From Eledone cirrhosa (Eukaryota), in the NCBI GenBank assembly GCA_964016885.1, contig OZ024743.1, positions 5,146,001-5,210,000 on the forward strand: a DNA stretch of 64,000 bases, read 5' to 3'. How positions within the stretch are numbered: the stretch's first letter is position 1; the number at the start of each line of letters is the position of its first letter. The notes below the pieces were generated by a model. It saw only the letters and a program-made list of their open reading frames with translations. It was not told the origin of the DNA and ran no database searches. The position numbers were made by a program, and so were the translations under genes. Shown piece by piece: positions 52,001-64,000 of the stretch.

Positions 52001-55000
52001 AATGAAACCGTTAACAAGGAGTATACAGTAATGAAACCATTAACTAGGAGTATGTAGTAATGATACCATTAACTAGGAGTATATAGTAATGAAACGATTA
52101 ACTAGGAGTATAGTGGTGAAACGATTAACTAGGAGTATACAGTAATGAAACCATTAACTAGGAGTATATAGTAATGAAACTATTAACAAGGAGTATATAG
52201 TAATGAAACGATTAACTAGGAGTATATAGTAATGAAACGATTAACTAGGAGTACATAGTAATGAAACGATTAACTAGGAGTATACTGTAATGAATCCATT
52301 AACTAGGAGTATATGGTAATGAAACTATTAACAAGGAGTATATAGTGATGAAACGATTAACTAGGAGTATATAGTAATGAAACCATTAACAAGGAGTATA
52401 TAGTAATGAAACTATTAACAAGGAGTATACAGTAATGAAACCATTAACAAGGAGTATATAGTAATGAAACCATTAACAAGGAGTATACAGTAATGAAACC
52501 ATTAACAAGGAGTATACAGTAATGAAACCATTAACAAGGAGTATACAGTAATGAAACCATTAACAAGGAGTATATAGTAATGAAACCATTAACTAGGAGT
52601 ATATAGTAATGAAACCATTAACAAGGAGTATACAGTAATGAAACCATTAACAAGGAGTATATAGTAATGAAACCATTAACTAGGAGTATATAGTAATGAA
52701 ACCATTAACAAGGAGTATACAGTAATGAAACCATTAACTAGGAGTATACAGTAATGAAACCATTAACAAGGAGTATACAGTAATGAAACCATTAACAAGG
52801 AGTATACAGTAATGAAACCATTAACTAAGAGTATACAGTAATGAAACCATTAACAAGGAGTATACAGTAATGAAACCATTAACTATCAGTATACAGTCAT
52901 GAAACTATTAACTAGGAGTATATAGTAATGAAACTATTAACTAGGAGTATACAGTAATGAAACCATTAATTAGGAGTATACTGTAATGAAACCATTCATT
53001 AGGAGTATGTAGTAATGATACCATTAACTAGGAGTATATAGTAATGAAACCATTAACAAGGAGTATACAGTAATGAAACCAATAACTAGGAGTATACAGT
53101 TATGATACCATTAACGAGTATACAGTAATGAAATGATTAACTAGGAGTATACAGTAATGAAACCATTAACAAGGAGTATACAGTAATGAAACCATTAACA
53201 AGGAGTATACAGTAATGAAACTAATAAGTAGGAGTATACAGTTATGATACCATTAACAAGGAGTATACAGTAATGAAACCATTAACAAGGAGTATACAGT
53301 AATGAAACCAATAACTAGGAGTATACAGTAATGAAACCATTAACTAGGAGTATACAGTAATGAAACCATTAAGGAGTATATAGTAATGAAACCATTAACA
53401 AGGAGTATACAGTAATGAAACTAATAAGTAGGAGTATACAGTAATAAAACCACTAACAAGGAGTATATAGTAATGAAACCATTAACTAGGAGTATACAGT
53501 AATGATGCCATTAACTAGGAGTATACAGTAATGAAACCATTAACTAGGAGTATACAGTAATGAAACCGTTAACTAGGAGTATACAGTAATGAAACCATTA
53601 ACTAGGAGTATGTAGTAATGATACCATTAACTATGAGTATACAGTAATGAAACCATTAACAAGGAGTATATAGTAATGAAACCATTAACTAGGAGTATAT
53701 TGTAATGAAACTACTAACAAGGAGTATATAGTAATGAAACGATTAACTAGGAGTATATAGTAATGAAACGATTAACTAGGAGTATACTGTAATGAATCCA
53801 TTAACTAGGAGTATATGGTAATGAAACTATTAACAAGGAGTATATAGTAATGAAACGATTAACTAGGAGTATACAGTAATGAAACCATTAACTAGGAGTA
53901 TATAGTAATGAAACTATTAACAAGGAGTATACAGTAATGAAACCATTAACAAGGAGTATATAGTAATGAAACCATTAACTAGGAGTATACAGTAATGAAA
54001 CCATTAACTAGGAGTATATAGTAATGAAACCATTAACAAGGAGTATACAGTAATGAAACCATTAACAAGGAGTATATAGTAATGAAACCATTAACAAAGA
54101 GTATACAGTAATGAAACCATTAACTAGGAGTATATAGTAATGAAACCATTAACTAGGAGTATACAGTAATGAAACCATTAAGGAGTATATAGTAATGAAA
54201 CCATTAACTAGGAGTATATAGTAATGAAACCATTAACTAAGAGTATACAGTAATGAAACCATTAACTAAGAGTATACAGTAATGAAACCATTAACTAGGA
54301 GTATACAGTAATGAAACAATTAACTAGGAGTATATAGTAATGAAACCATTAACTAGGAGTATACAGTAATGAAACCATTAACTAGGAGTATATAGTAATG
54401 AAACCATTAACAAGGAGTATACAGTAATGAAACCATTAACAAGGAGTATATAGTAATGAAACCATTAACAAGGAGTATACAGTAATGAAACCATTAACTA
54501 GGAGTATATAGTAATGAAACCATTAACTAGGAGTATACAGTAATGAAACCATTAACTAGGAGTATATAGTAATGAAACCATTAACTAAGAGTATACAGTA
54601 ATGAAACCATTAACTAAGAGTATACAGTAATGAAACCATTAACTAGGAGTATACAGTAATGAGACCATTAACTAGGAGTATATAGTAATGAAACCATTAA
54701 CTAGGAGTATACAGTAATGAAACCATTAACTAGGAGTATACAGTAATGAAACCATTAACTAGGAGTATACAGTAATGAAACCATTAACAAGGAGTATACA
54801 GTAATGAAACCATTAACAAGGAGTATACAGTAATGAAACCACTAACAAGGATTATATAGTAATGAAACCATTAACAAGGAGTATATAGTAATGAAACCAT
54901 TAACTAGGAGTATACAGTAATGAAACCATTAACAAGTAGTATGTAGTAATGAAACCATTAACAAGGAGTATACAGTAATGAAACCATTAACAAGGAGTAT

Positions 55001-58000
55001 ATAGTAATGAAACCATTAACAAGGAGTATACAGTAATGAAACCATTAACAAGGAGTATACAGTAATGAAACCATTAACTAGGAGTATATAGTAATGAAAC
55101 CATTAACTAGGAGTATATAGTAATGAAACCATTAACTAGGAGTATGTAGTAATGATACCATTAACTAGGAGTATACTGTAATGACACTATTAACTAGGAG
55201 TATACAGTAATGAAACCATTAACAAGGAGTATACAGTAATGAAACCACTAACTAGGAGTATATAGTAATGAAACCATTAACTAGGAGTATACAGTAATGA
55301 TGCCATTAACTATGAGTATACAGTAATGAAACCATTAACAAGGAGTATATAGTAATGAAACGATTAACTAGGAGTATACAGTAATGAAACGATTAACTAG
55401 GAGTATATAGTCATGAAACGATTAACTAGGAGTATATAGTAATGAAACGATTAACTAGGAGTATACAGTAATGAAACCATTAACTAGGAGTATATAGTAA
55501 TGAAACTATTAACGAGGAGTATATAGTAATGAAACGATTAACTAGGAGTATATAGTAATGAATCGATTAACTAGGAGTATACTGTAATGAATCCATTAAC
55601 TAGGAGTATATAGTAATGAAACTATTAACAAGGAGTATATAGTGATGAAACGATTAACTAGGAGTATATAGTAATGAAACGATTAACTAGGAGTATACAG
55701 TAATGAAACCATTAACTAGGAGTATATAGTAATGAAACTATTAACAAGGAGTATACAGTAATGAAACCATTAACAAGGGGTATATAGTAATGAAACCATT
55801 AACTAGGAGTATACAGTAATGAAACCATTAACTAGGAGTATATTGTAATGAAACGATTAACTAGGAGTATACTGTAATGAATCCATTAACTAGGAGTATA
55901 TAGTAATGAAACTATTAACAAGGAGTATATAGTGATGAAACGATTAACTAGGAGTAAATAGTAATGAAACGATTAACTAGGAGTATACAGTAATGAAACC
56001 ATTAACTAGGAGTATATAGTAATGAAACTATTAACAAGGAGTATACAGTAATGAAACCATTAACAAGGAGTATACAGTAATGAAACGATTAACTAGGAGT
56101 ATACAGTAATAAAACCACTAACAAGGAGTATACAGTAATGAAACCATTAACAAGGAGTATACAGTAATGAAACCATTAACAAGGAGTATACAGTAATGAA
56201 ACCATTAACTAAGAGTATACAGTAATGAAACCATTAACAAGGAGTATACAGTAATGAAACCATTAACTAGCAGTATACAGTCATGAAGCGATTAACTAGG
56301 AGTATACAGTAATGAAGCCATTAATTAGGAGTATACAGTAATGAAACCATTAATTAGGAGTATGTGGTAATGATACCATTAACTAGGAGTATATAGTAAT
56401 GAAACCATTAACAAGGAGTATACAGTAATGAAACCAATAACTAGGAGTATACAGTTATGATACCATTAACGAGTATACAGTAATGAAATGATTAACTAGG
56501 AGTATACAGTAATGAAACCATTAACAAGGAGTATACAGTAATGAAACCATTAACAAGGAGTATACAGTAATGAAACTAATAAGTAGGAGTATACAGTTAT
56601 GATACCATTAACAAGGAGTATACAGTAATGAAACCATTAAGAAGGAGTATACAGTAATGAAACCAATAACTAGGAGTATAAAGTAATGAAACCATTAACT
56701 AGGAGTATACAGTAATGAAACCATTGAGGAGTATATAGTAATGAAACCATTAAGGAGTATATAGTAATGAAACCATTAACAAGGAGTATATAGTGATGAA
56801 AACATTAACAAGGAGTATATAGTAATGAAACCATTAACTAGGAGTATATAGTAATGAAACCATTAACAAGGAGTATATAGTAATGAAACCATTAACTAGG
56901 AGTATATAGTAATGAAACCATTAACAAGGAGTATACAGTAATGAAACCATTAACAAGGAGTATATAGTAATGAAACCATTAACTAGGAGTATATAGTAAT
57001 GAAACCATTAACTAGGAGTATACAGTAATGAAACCATTAACAAGGAGTATACAGTAATGAAACCATTAACAAGGAGTATACAGTAATGATACCATTAACT
57101 AGGAGTATACAGTAATGAAACCATTAACTAGGAGTATACAGTAATGAAACCATTAACTAGGAGTATATAGTAATGAAACGATTAACTAGGAGTATATAGT
57201 AATGATACCATTAACAAGGAGTATACAGTAATGATACCATTAACTAGGAGTATACAGTAATGAAACCATTAACTAGGAGTATACAGTAATGAAACCATTA
57301 ACTAGGAGTATATAGTAATGAAACGATTAACTAGGAGTATATAGTAATGATACCATTAACAAGGAGTATACAGTAATGATACCATTAACTAGGAGTATAC
57401 AGTAATGAAACCATTAACTAGGAGTATACAGTAATGATACCATTAACTAGGAGTATATAGTAATGAAACCATTAACTAGGATTATACAGTAATGAAACCA
57501 TTAACTAGGAGTATACAGTAATGATACCATTAACTAGGAGTATACAGTAATGATACCATTAACTAGGAGTATACAGTAATGAAACCATTAACTGGGAGTA
57601 TACAGTAATGAAACCATTAACTGGGAGTATACAGTAATGAAACCATTAACTAGGAGTATACAGTAATGAAACCATTAACTAGGAGTATACAGTAATGAAA
57701 CCATTAACTAGGAGTATACAGTAATGATACCATTAACTAGGAGTATACAGTAATGAAACCATTAACTGGGAGTATACAGTAATGAAACCATTAACTAGGA
57801 GTATACAGTAATGAAACCATTAACTAGGAGTATACAGTAATGAAACCATTAACTAGGAGTATACAGTAATGATACCATTAACTAGGAGTATACAGTAATG
57901 AAACCATTAACTAGGAGTATACAGTAATGAAACCATTAACTAGGAGTATACAGTAATGAAACCATTAACTAGGAGTATATAGTAATGATACCATTAACTA

Positions 58001-61000
58001 GGAGTATATAGTAATGAAACTATTAACAAGGAGTATACAGTAATGAAACCATTAACTAGGAGTATACAGTAATGAAACCATTAACTAGGAGTATACAGTA
58101 ATGATACCATTAACTAGGAGTATACAGTAATGAAACTATTAACTAGGAGTATACAGTAATGAAACGATTAACTAGGAGTATATAGTAATGAAACGATTAA
58201 CTAGGAGTATACAGTAATGAAACCATTAACTAGGAGTATATAGTAATGAAACTATTAACTAGGAGTATACAGTAATGAAACCATTAACTAGGAGTATACA
58301 GTAATGAAACTATTAACTAGGAGTATACAGTAATGAAACCATTAACAAGGAGTATATAGTAATGAAACGATTAACTAGGAGTATACAGTAATGAAACCAT
58401 TAACTAGGAGTATATAGTAATGAAACTATTAACTAGGAGTATACAGTAATGAAACCATTAACTAGGAGTATATAGTAATGAAACGATTAACTAGGAGTAT
58501 ACAGTAATGAAACCATTAACTAGGAGTATACAGTAATGAAACCATTAACAAGGAGTATACAGTAATGAAACCATTAACTAGGAGTATATAGTAATGAAAT
58601 GATTAACTAGGAGTATATAGTAATGAAACCATTAACAAGGAGTATATAGTAATGAAACCATTAACTAGGAGTATATAGTAATGAAACGATTAACTAGGAG
58701 TATACAGTAATGAAACCATTAACTAGGAGTATACAGTAATGAAACCATTAACAAGGAGTATACAGTAATGAAACCATTAACTAGGAGTATACAGTAATGA
58801 AACGATTAACTAGGAGTATACAGTAATGAAACGATTAACTAGGAGTATACAGTAATGATACCACTAACTAGGAGTATACAGTAATGAAACTATTAACAAG
58901 GAGTATATAGTAATGAAACCATTAACTAGGAGTATACAGTAATGAAACCATTAACAAGGAGTATATAGTAATGAAACCATTAACTAGGAGTATATAGTAA
59001 TGAAACCATTAACTAGGAGTATACAGTAATGAAACCATTAACTAGGAGTATATAGTAATGAAACGATTAACTAGGAGTATATAGTAATGAAACCATTAAC
59101 TAGGAGTATATAGTAATGAAACGATTAACTAAGAGTATATAGTAATGAAACCATTAACTAGGAGTATATAGTAATGAAACCATTAACTAGGAGTATATAG
59201 TAATGAAACCATTAACTAGGAGTATATAGTAATGAAACCATTAACTAGGAGTATATAGTAATGAAACGATTAACTAGGAGTATACAGTAATGAAAACATT
59301 AACTAGGAGTATATAGTAATGAAACCATTAACAAGGAGTATATAGTAATGAAACCATTAACAAGGAGTATATAGTAATGATACCATTAACTAGGAGTATA
59401 CAGTAATGATACCATTAACTAAGAGTATACAGTAATGATACCATTAACTAGGAGTATATAGTAATGAAACCATTAACTAGGAGTATACAGTAATGAAACC
59501 ATTAACAAGGAGTATACAGTAATGAAACCATTAACAAGGAGTATACAGTAATGAAACCATTAACAAGGAGTATACAGTAATGAAACCATTAACAAGGAGT
59601 ATGTAGTAATGAAACCATTAACAAGGAGTATATAGTAATGAAACCATTAACTAAGAGTATACAGTAATGAAACCATTAACAAGGAGTATACAGTAATGAA
59701 ACCATTAACTAGGAGTATACAGTAATGATGCCATTAACTAGGAGTATACAGTAATGATACCATTAACTAGGAGTATACAGTAATGAAACCATTAACTAGG
59801 AGTATACAGTAATGAAACCATTAACTAGGAGTATACAGTAATGAAACCATTAACTAGGAGTATACAGTAATGATACCATTAACTAGGAGTATACAGTAAT
59901 GATACCATTAACAAGGAGTATACAGTAATGATACCATTAACTAGGAGTATACAGTAATGATACCATTAACTAGGAGTATACAGTAATGATACCATTAACT
60001 AGGAGTATACAGTAATGATACCATTAACAAGGAGTATACAGTAATGATACCATTAACTAGGAGTATACAGTAATGATACCATTAACAAGGAGTATACAGT
60101 AATGATACCATTAACTAGGAGTATACAGTAATGATACCATTAACTAGGAGTATGTAGTAATGATACCATTAACAAGGAGTATACAGTAATGATACCATTA
60201 ACAAGGTGTATACAGTAATGATACCATTAACTAGGAGTATACAGTAATGATACCATTAACAAGGAGTATACAGTAATGATACCATTAACAAGGAGTATAT
60301 AGTAATGATACCATTAACAAGGAGTATACAGTAATGATACCATTAACAAGGAGTATATAGTAATGATACCATTAACAAGGAGTATACAGTAATGATACCA
60401 TTAACTAGGAGTATACAGTAATGATACCATTAACTAGGAGTATATAGTAATGATACCATTAACAAGGAGTATACAGTAATGATACCATTAACTAGGAGTA
60501 TACAGTAACGATACCATTAACTAGGAGTATACAGTAATGAAACCATTAACAAGGAGTATACAGTAATGATACCATTAACTAGGAGTATATAGTAATGATA
60601 CCATTAACAAGGAGTATACAGTAATGATACCATTAACTAGGAGTATACAGTAATGAAACCATTAACTAGGAGTATACAGTAATGAAACCATTAACTAGGA
60701 GTATACAGTAATGAAACCATTAACTAGGAGTATACAGTAATGATACCACTAACAAGGAGTATACAGTAATGAAACCATTAACTAGGAGTATACAGTAATG
60801 AAACCATTAACTAGGAGTATACAGTAATGAAACCATTAACAAGGAGTATACAGTAATGATACCATTAACTAGGAGTATACAGTAATGATACCATTAACTA
60901 GGAGTATACAGTAATGAAACCATTAACTAGGAGTATACAGTAATGAAACCATTAACTAGGAGTATACAGTAATGAAACCATTAACTAGGAGTATACAGTA

Positions 61001-61962
61001 ATGAAACCATTAACAAGGAGTATACAGTAATGAAACCATTAACTAGGAGTATACAGTAATGATACCATTAACTAAGAGTATACAGTAATGAAACCATTAA
61101 CTAGGAGTATATAGTAATGAAACCATTAACTAGGAGTATATAGTAATGAAACCATTAACAAGGAGTATATAGTAATGAAACTATTAACTAGGAGTATATA
61201 GTAATGATACCATTAACTAGGAGTATACAGTAATGATACCATTAACTAGGAGTATACAGTAATGATACCATTAACTAGGAGTATGTAGTAATGAAACTAT
61301 TAACTAGGAGTATATAGTAATGAAACTATTAACTAGGAGTATATAGTAATGAAACCATTAACTAGGAGTATACAGTAATGATACCATTAACTAGGAGTAT
61401 ACAGTAATGATACCATTAACTAGGAGTATGTAGTAATGAAACTATTAACTAGGAGTATATAGTAATGAAACTATTAACTAGGAGTATATAGTAATGAAAC
61501 CATTAACTAGGAGTATACAGTAATGATACCATTAACTAAGAGTATACAGTAATGAAACCATTAACTAGGAGTATATAGTAATGATACCATTAACTAGGAG
61601 TATACAGTAATGATACCATTAACTAGGAGTATGTAGTAATGAAACTATTAACTAGGAGTATATAGTAATGAAACTATTAACTAGGAGTATATAGTAATGA
61701 AACCACTAACAAGGAGTATACAGTAATGATACCATTAACTAGGAGTATACAGTAATGAAACCATTAACTAGGAGTATACAGTAATGAAACCACTAACAAG
61801 GAGTATACAGTAATGATACCATTAACTAGGAGTATACAGTAATGAAACCATTAACTAGGAGTATACAGTAATGAAACCACTAACAAGGAGTATACAGTAA
61901 TGAAACCATTAACTAGGAGTATACAGTAATGAAACCACTAACAAGGAGTATATAGCAATGAA
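37066..61962. repeat. 29-bp tandem satellite, ~24.9 kb, ~860 copies (GTAATGAAACCATTAAC[T/A]AGGAGTATA[C/T]A)
   Basis: Continuous head-to-tail 29-bp period with rare 26-27-bp deletion variants; no spacers. Confidence 0.99.
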
Positions 61963-62140
61963 GGTATTATTCTAGCTTCTTTTCCTATTGAAATAAACTA
62001 GTTTAGACTCCCCCCCTTTTATTTTTTTTCATCAGCATAATCATAATCTGCACATTCGAAGACGTTTCAATGTAAAAATATTTAAGAAAGTTATGAAAAG
62101 AACAGTCTGGGCAAGGAGCATTAAACTGTAATTATGCCAT

Positions 62141-63470
62141 TGTCGAGCATTACCTCTGAACTTATAAAGGACGCTCTTTTTTTGAAGGTCAACTTTTCAC
62201 AATTTACGCATACCCCAAACTACTTACCTTCATTATGAACAAACTATCAGAACCATACTGTGCACATCAGCAGTGACAGTTATCTGCCACTTATGAACTG
62301 ACATTCAGCACATATCTGGAAAAAGCAACCCAGTGCCCCTATTAACTCAGACATCTACATAGCCTTGATAATGGAAGATCTTGACTATGGCCATAGCTCA
62401 ACAAACATGATGATGTCAGGGTCTATAGCCCTGCTATCACTTCCCTTTCTTTGCAGGATATACATTTTGACTCCACCGAAATAACCCTCCTCTGTGCCAT
62501 ATCCACTAGGAAACCACAACCAATTGTTCTACCAGCCTGGCACCAAAAAGTTTTTGACATCATTCTCAGACTTTCTCACCCTGGTACTAGAGCCACACGT
62601 TGCCTGATGTCTTGCAAATTTTTTGCGCATGGTAGACCAAAACCTGTGTCCCCTATCAACAAGTAAACTAGTAGCAGAACCTCTCAACAGCTATGAACCT
62701 CCACAGACCCATTTGAGCTATATCAACATCGACCTGGTTGGCCCCCTACCACCACTGTGTTACTCATATCTACTAACCATGGTGGTCCACTTCCCTCATT
62801 GGCTTGAAATTGCCCATTTCAATCTCCCAGACAGCATCTCATTGAACTGGAGACATCAATTCACATGAAACACACAATGGTGAATTCATTCCAAACACAA
62901 AATCAAACCCTGATGTTAAAAAGTATCTTGAACAGCTGAGAGACATCATAGACCAGTTACACCCTACTCCATCTCAACACACGGTACAGCAGTCCTCTAT
63001 TCCAAATGGTGTTCAAAAAACGTTTCTGTTCATTTGTCATGATGCATGGCAAAAACTCCTTCAGTCACCTTATGAAGTGATTCATCTAGAGGACATGTAA
63101 TTTCAACTCCTGATTGGAGGACAACAGAACACTGTTTCCATCGATAGATTGAAACCAGCCCATCTCAACATGCACAGCCCTGTCCAAGTTCAACCACCAA
63201 ACAGAGGATGGCCGAGGTAAATCACACCAACTCCTGACGATGAACAGTCACCAAAGAAACAACTCCTCATCCTGTATAGTTGTTTCTTTACAAGATGAGT
63301 AGTGTAAACACCTCTTATCAGTTCCAATAACAACAGTTCTGAGGGAGAGCTATGTAGAGCATTACCTGTGGACTTATAAAGGATGAACTGTGATTAGTTA
63401 GTTAACTGCATCCATTCACTGAGGATGTAATATTTGACTGTACAGCTGCAATAAAATACCATATCTAGTA
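62141..63470 (+). mobile_element. Decayed, internally deleted Ty3/Gypsy LTR retrotransposon (RNase H-integrase remnants)
   Basis: Frameshifted motifs in pol order: EGQLFTIY, TDIQHISGKSNPV, LSHPGTRAT, INIDLVGPLPP, YLLTMV, LQSPYE, TVSIDRLKPAHL. Polypurine tract gagggagag precedes TGTAGAGCATTACC at 63353; a matching LTR start TGTCGAGCATTACC lies at 62141. Right boundary is approximate. Confidence 0.88.
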
Positions 63471-63764
63471 TCCTAGATATGGTGTTTTATAATCAGAGAA
63501 AGTCTATGTTCACACTATATATATGAAATATGCATATAGAAAAATATATTTTCCATTTCTCAATTTCTTTTCTTTCTTCTCAAATTACTGCTTTCTTTGA
63601 TACTATAGGGATACTATACTGTAGTGTTTAATTCAAGCAATTTTAGGAACTACTTCAACCAAATGCATCTTTAGTAAATCGTACTGTTATGTATGATATT
63701 TATTTACCCACAGTGGCTAGAGTACACTCCCAAAATTAACCTGTGTATGATGGGTAACACTCTA

Positions 63765-63945
63765 TTATCATCATCACCATTTAGCATCCATTTTTCCATT
63801 CTTGCATGGGTTAGACGGGTCGTCCATGCCAGGAGGCATGTCTGGCCAGAGTTGGCTATGCTGCACCTTGCTCCAAGGTCTGTAAATCTGGCCTGGTATT
63901 TTACAGCCAGATGCCCTTCCTAACACCAATCACATACAGTGTGGA
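63765..63945 (-). mobile_element. SINE fragment (second family; (ATG)n-type tail)
   Basis: tcatcatcaccatttagcatccatttttccattcttgcatgggttagacgg (also at ~21080-21140) and ttacagccagatgcccttcctaacacc. Confidence 0.7.
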
Positions 63946-64000
63946 ATTATATATAATAATAAATGAATATCTACATGCATTTTTATTTTCAATTTTTTCT

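Noticed and set aside
37066-61962. CRISPR-like 29-bp repeat
   Set aside because: No spacers, no cas genes, eukaryotic context; it is a head-to-tail satellite.
62451-62868. Two short ORFs as host genes
   Set aside because: Frameshifted Gypsy integrase fragments.

Overview
AT-rich, microsatellite-dense eukaryotic genomic DNA. The SINE/MITE families and simple-repeat load look like an octopus (coleoid cephalopod) genome; that assignment is inference. There are two convergent protein-coding genes. (1) A Hey bHLH-Orange/YRPW gene on + with coding exons 6893-6954, 11093-11176, 11541-11613 and 12296-13020; the expected second coding exon is not visible and probably lies in the 200-N gap at 9989-10188. 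(2) Mitochondrial ribosomal protein MRPS28/bS1m on - with exons 31932-31529 and 24032-23900 (178 aa). About half the window is tandem repeat: a ~6.2 kb 48-bp minisatellite inside the MRPS28 intron, visibly grown from a SINE segment, and a ~24.9 kb 29-bp satellite with higher-order duplications. The rest is tRNA-derived SINEs, hAT- and piggyBac-type MITEs, an RTE LINE 3' fragment and a decayed Ty3/Gypsy element. The most unusual structure is a set of unrelated near-perfect foldback palindromes embedded in (TA)n tracts (403-851, 1124-1244, 14901-15108). One of them carries a type I hammerhead-ribozyme-like motif on both strands, suggesting Penelope-like retroelement ends. Nearly all long ORFs in the supplied track are repeat artefacts.
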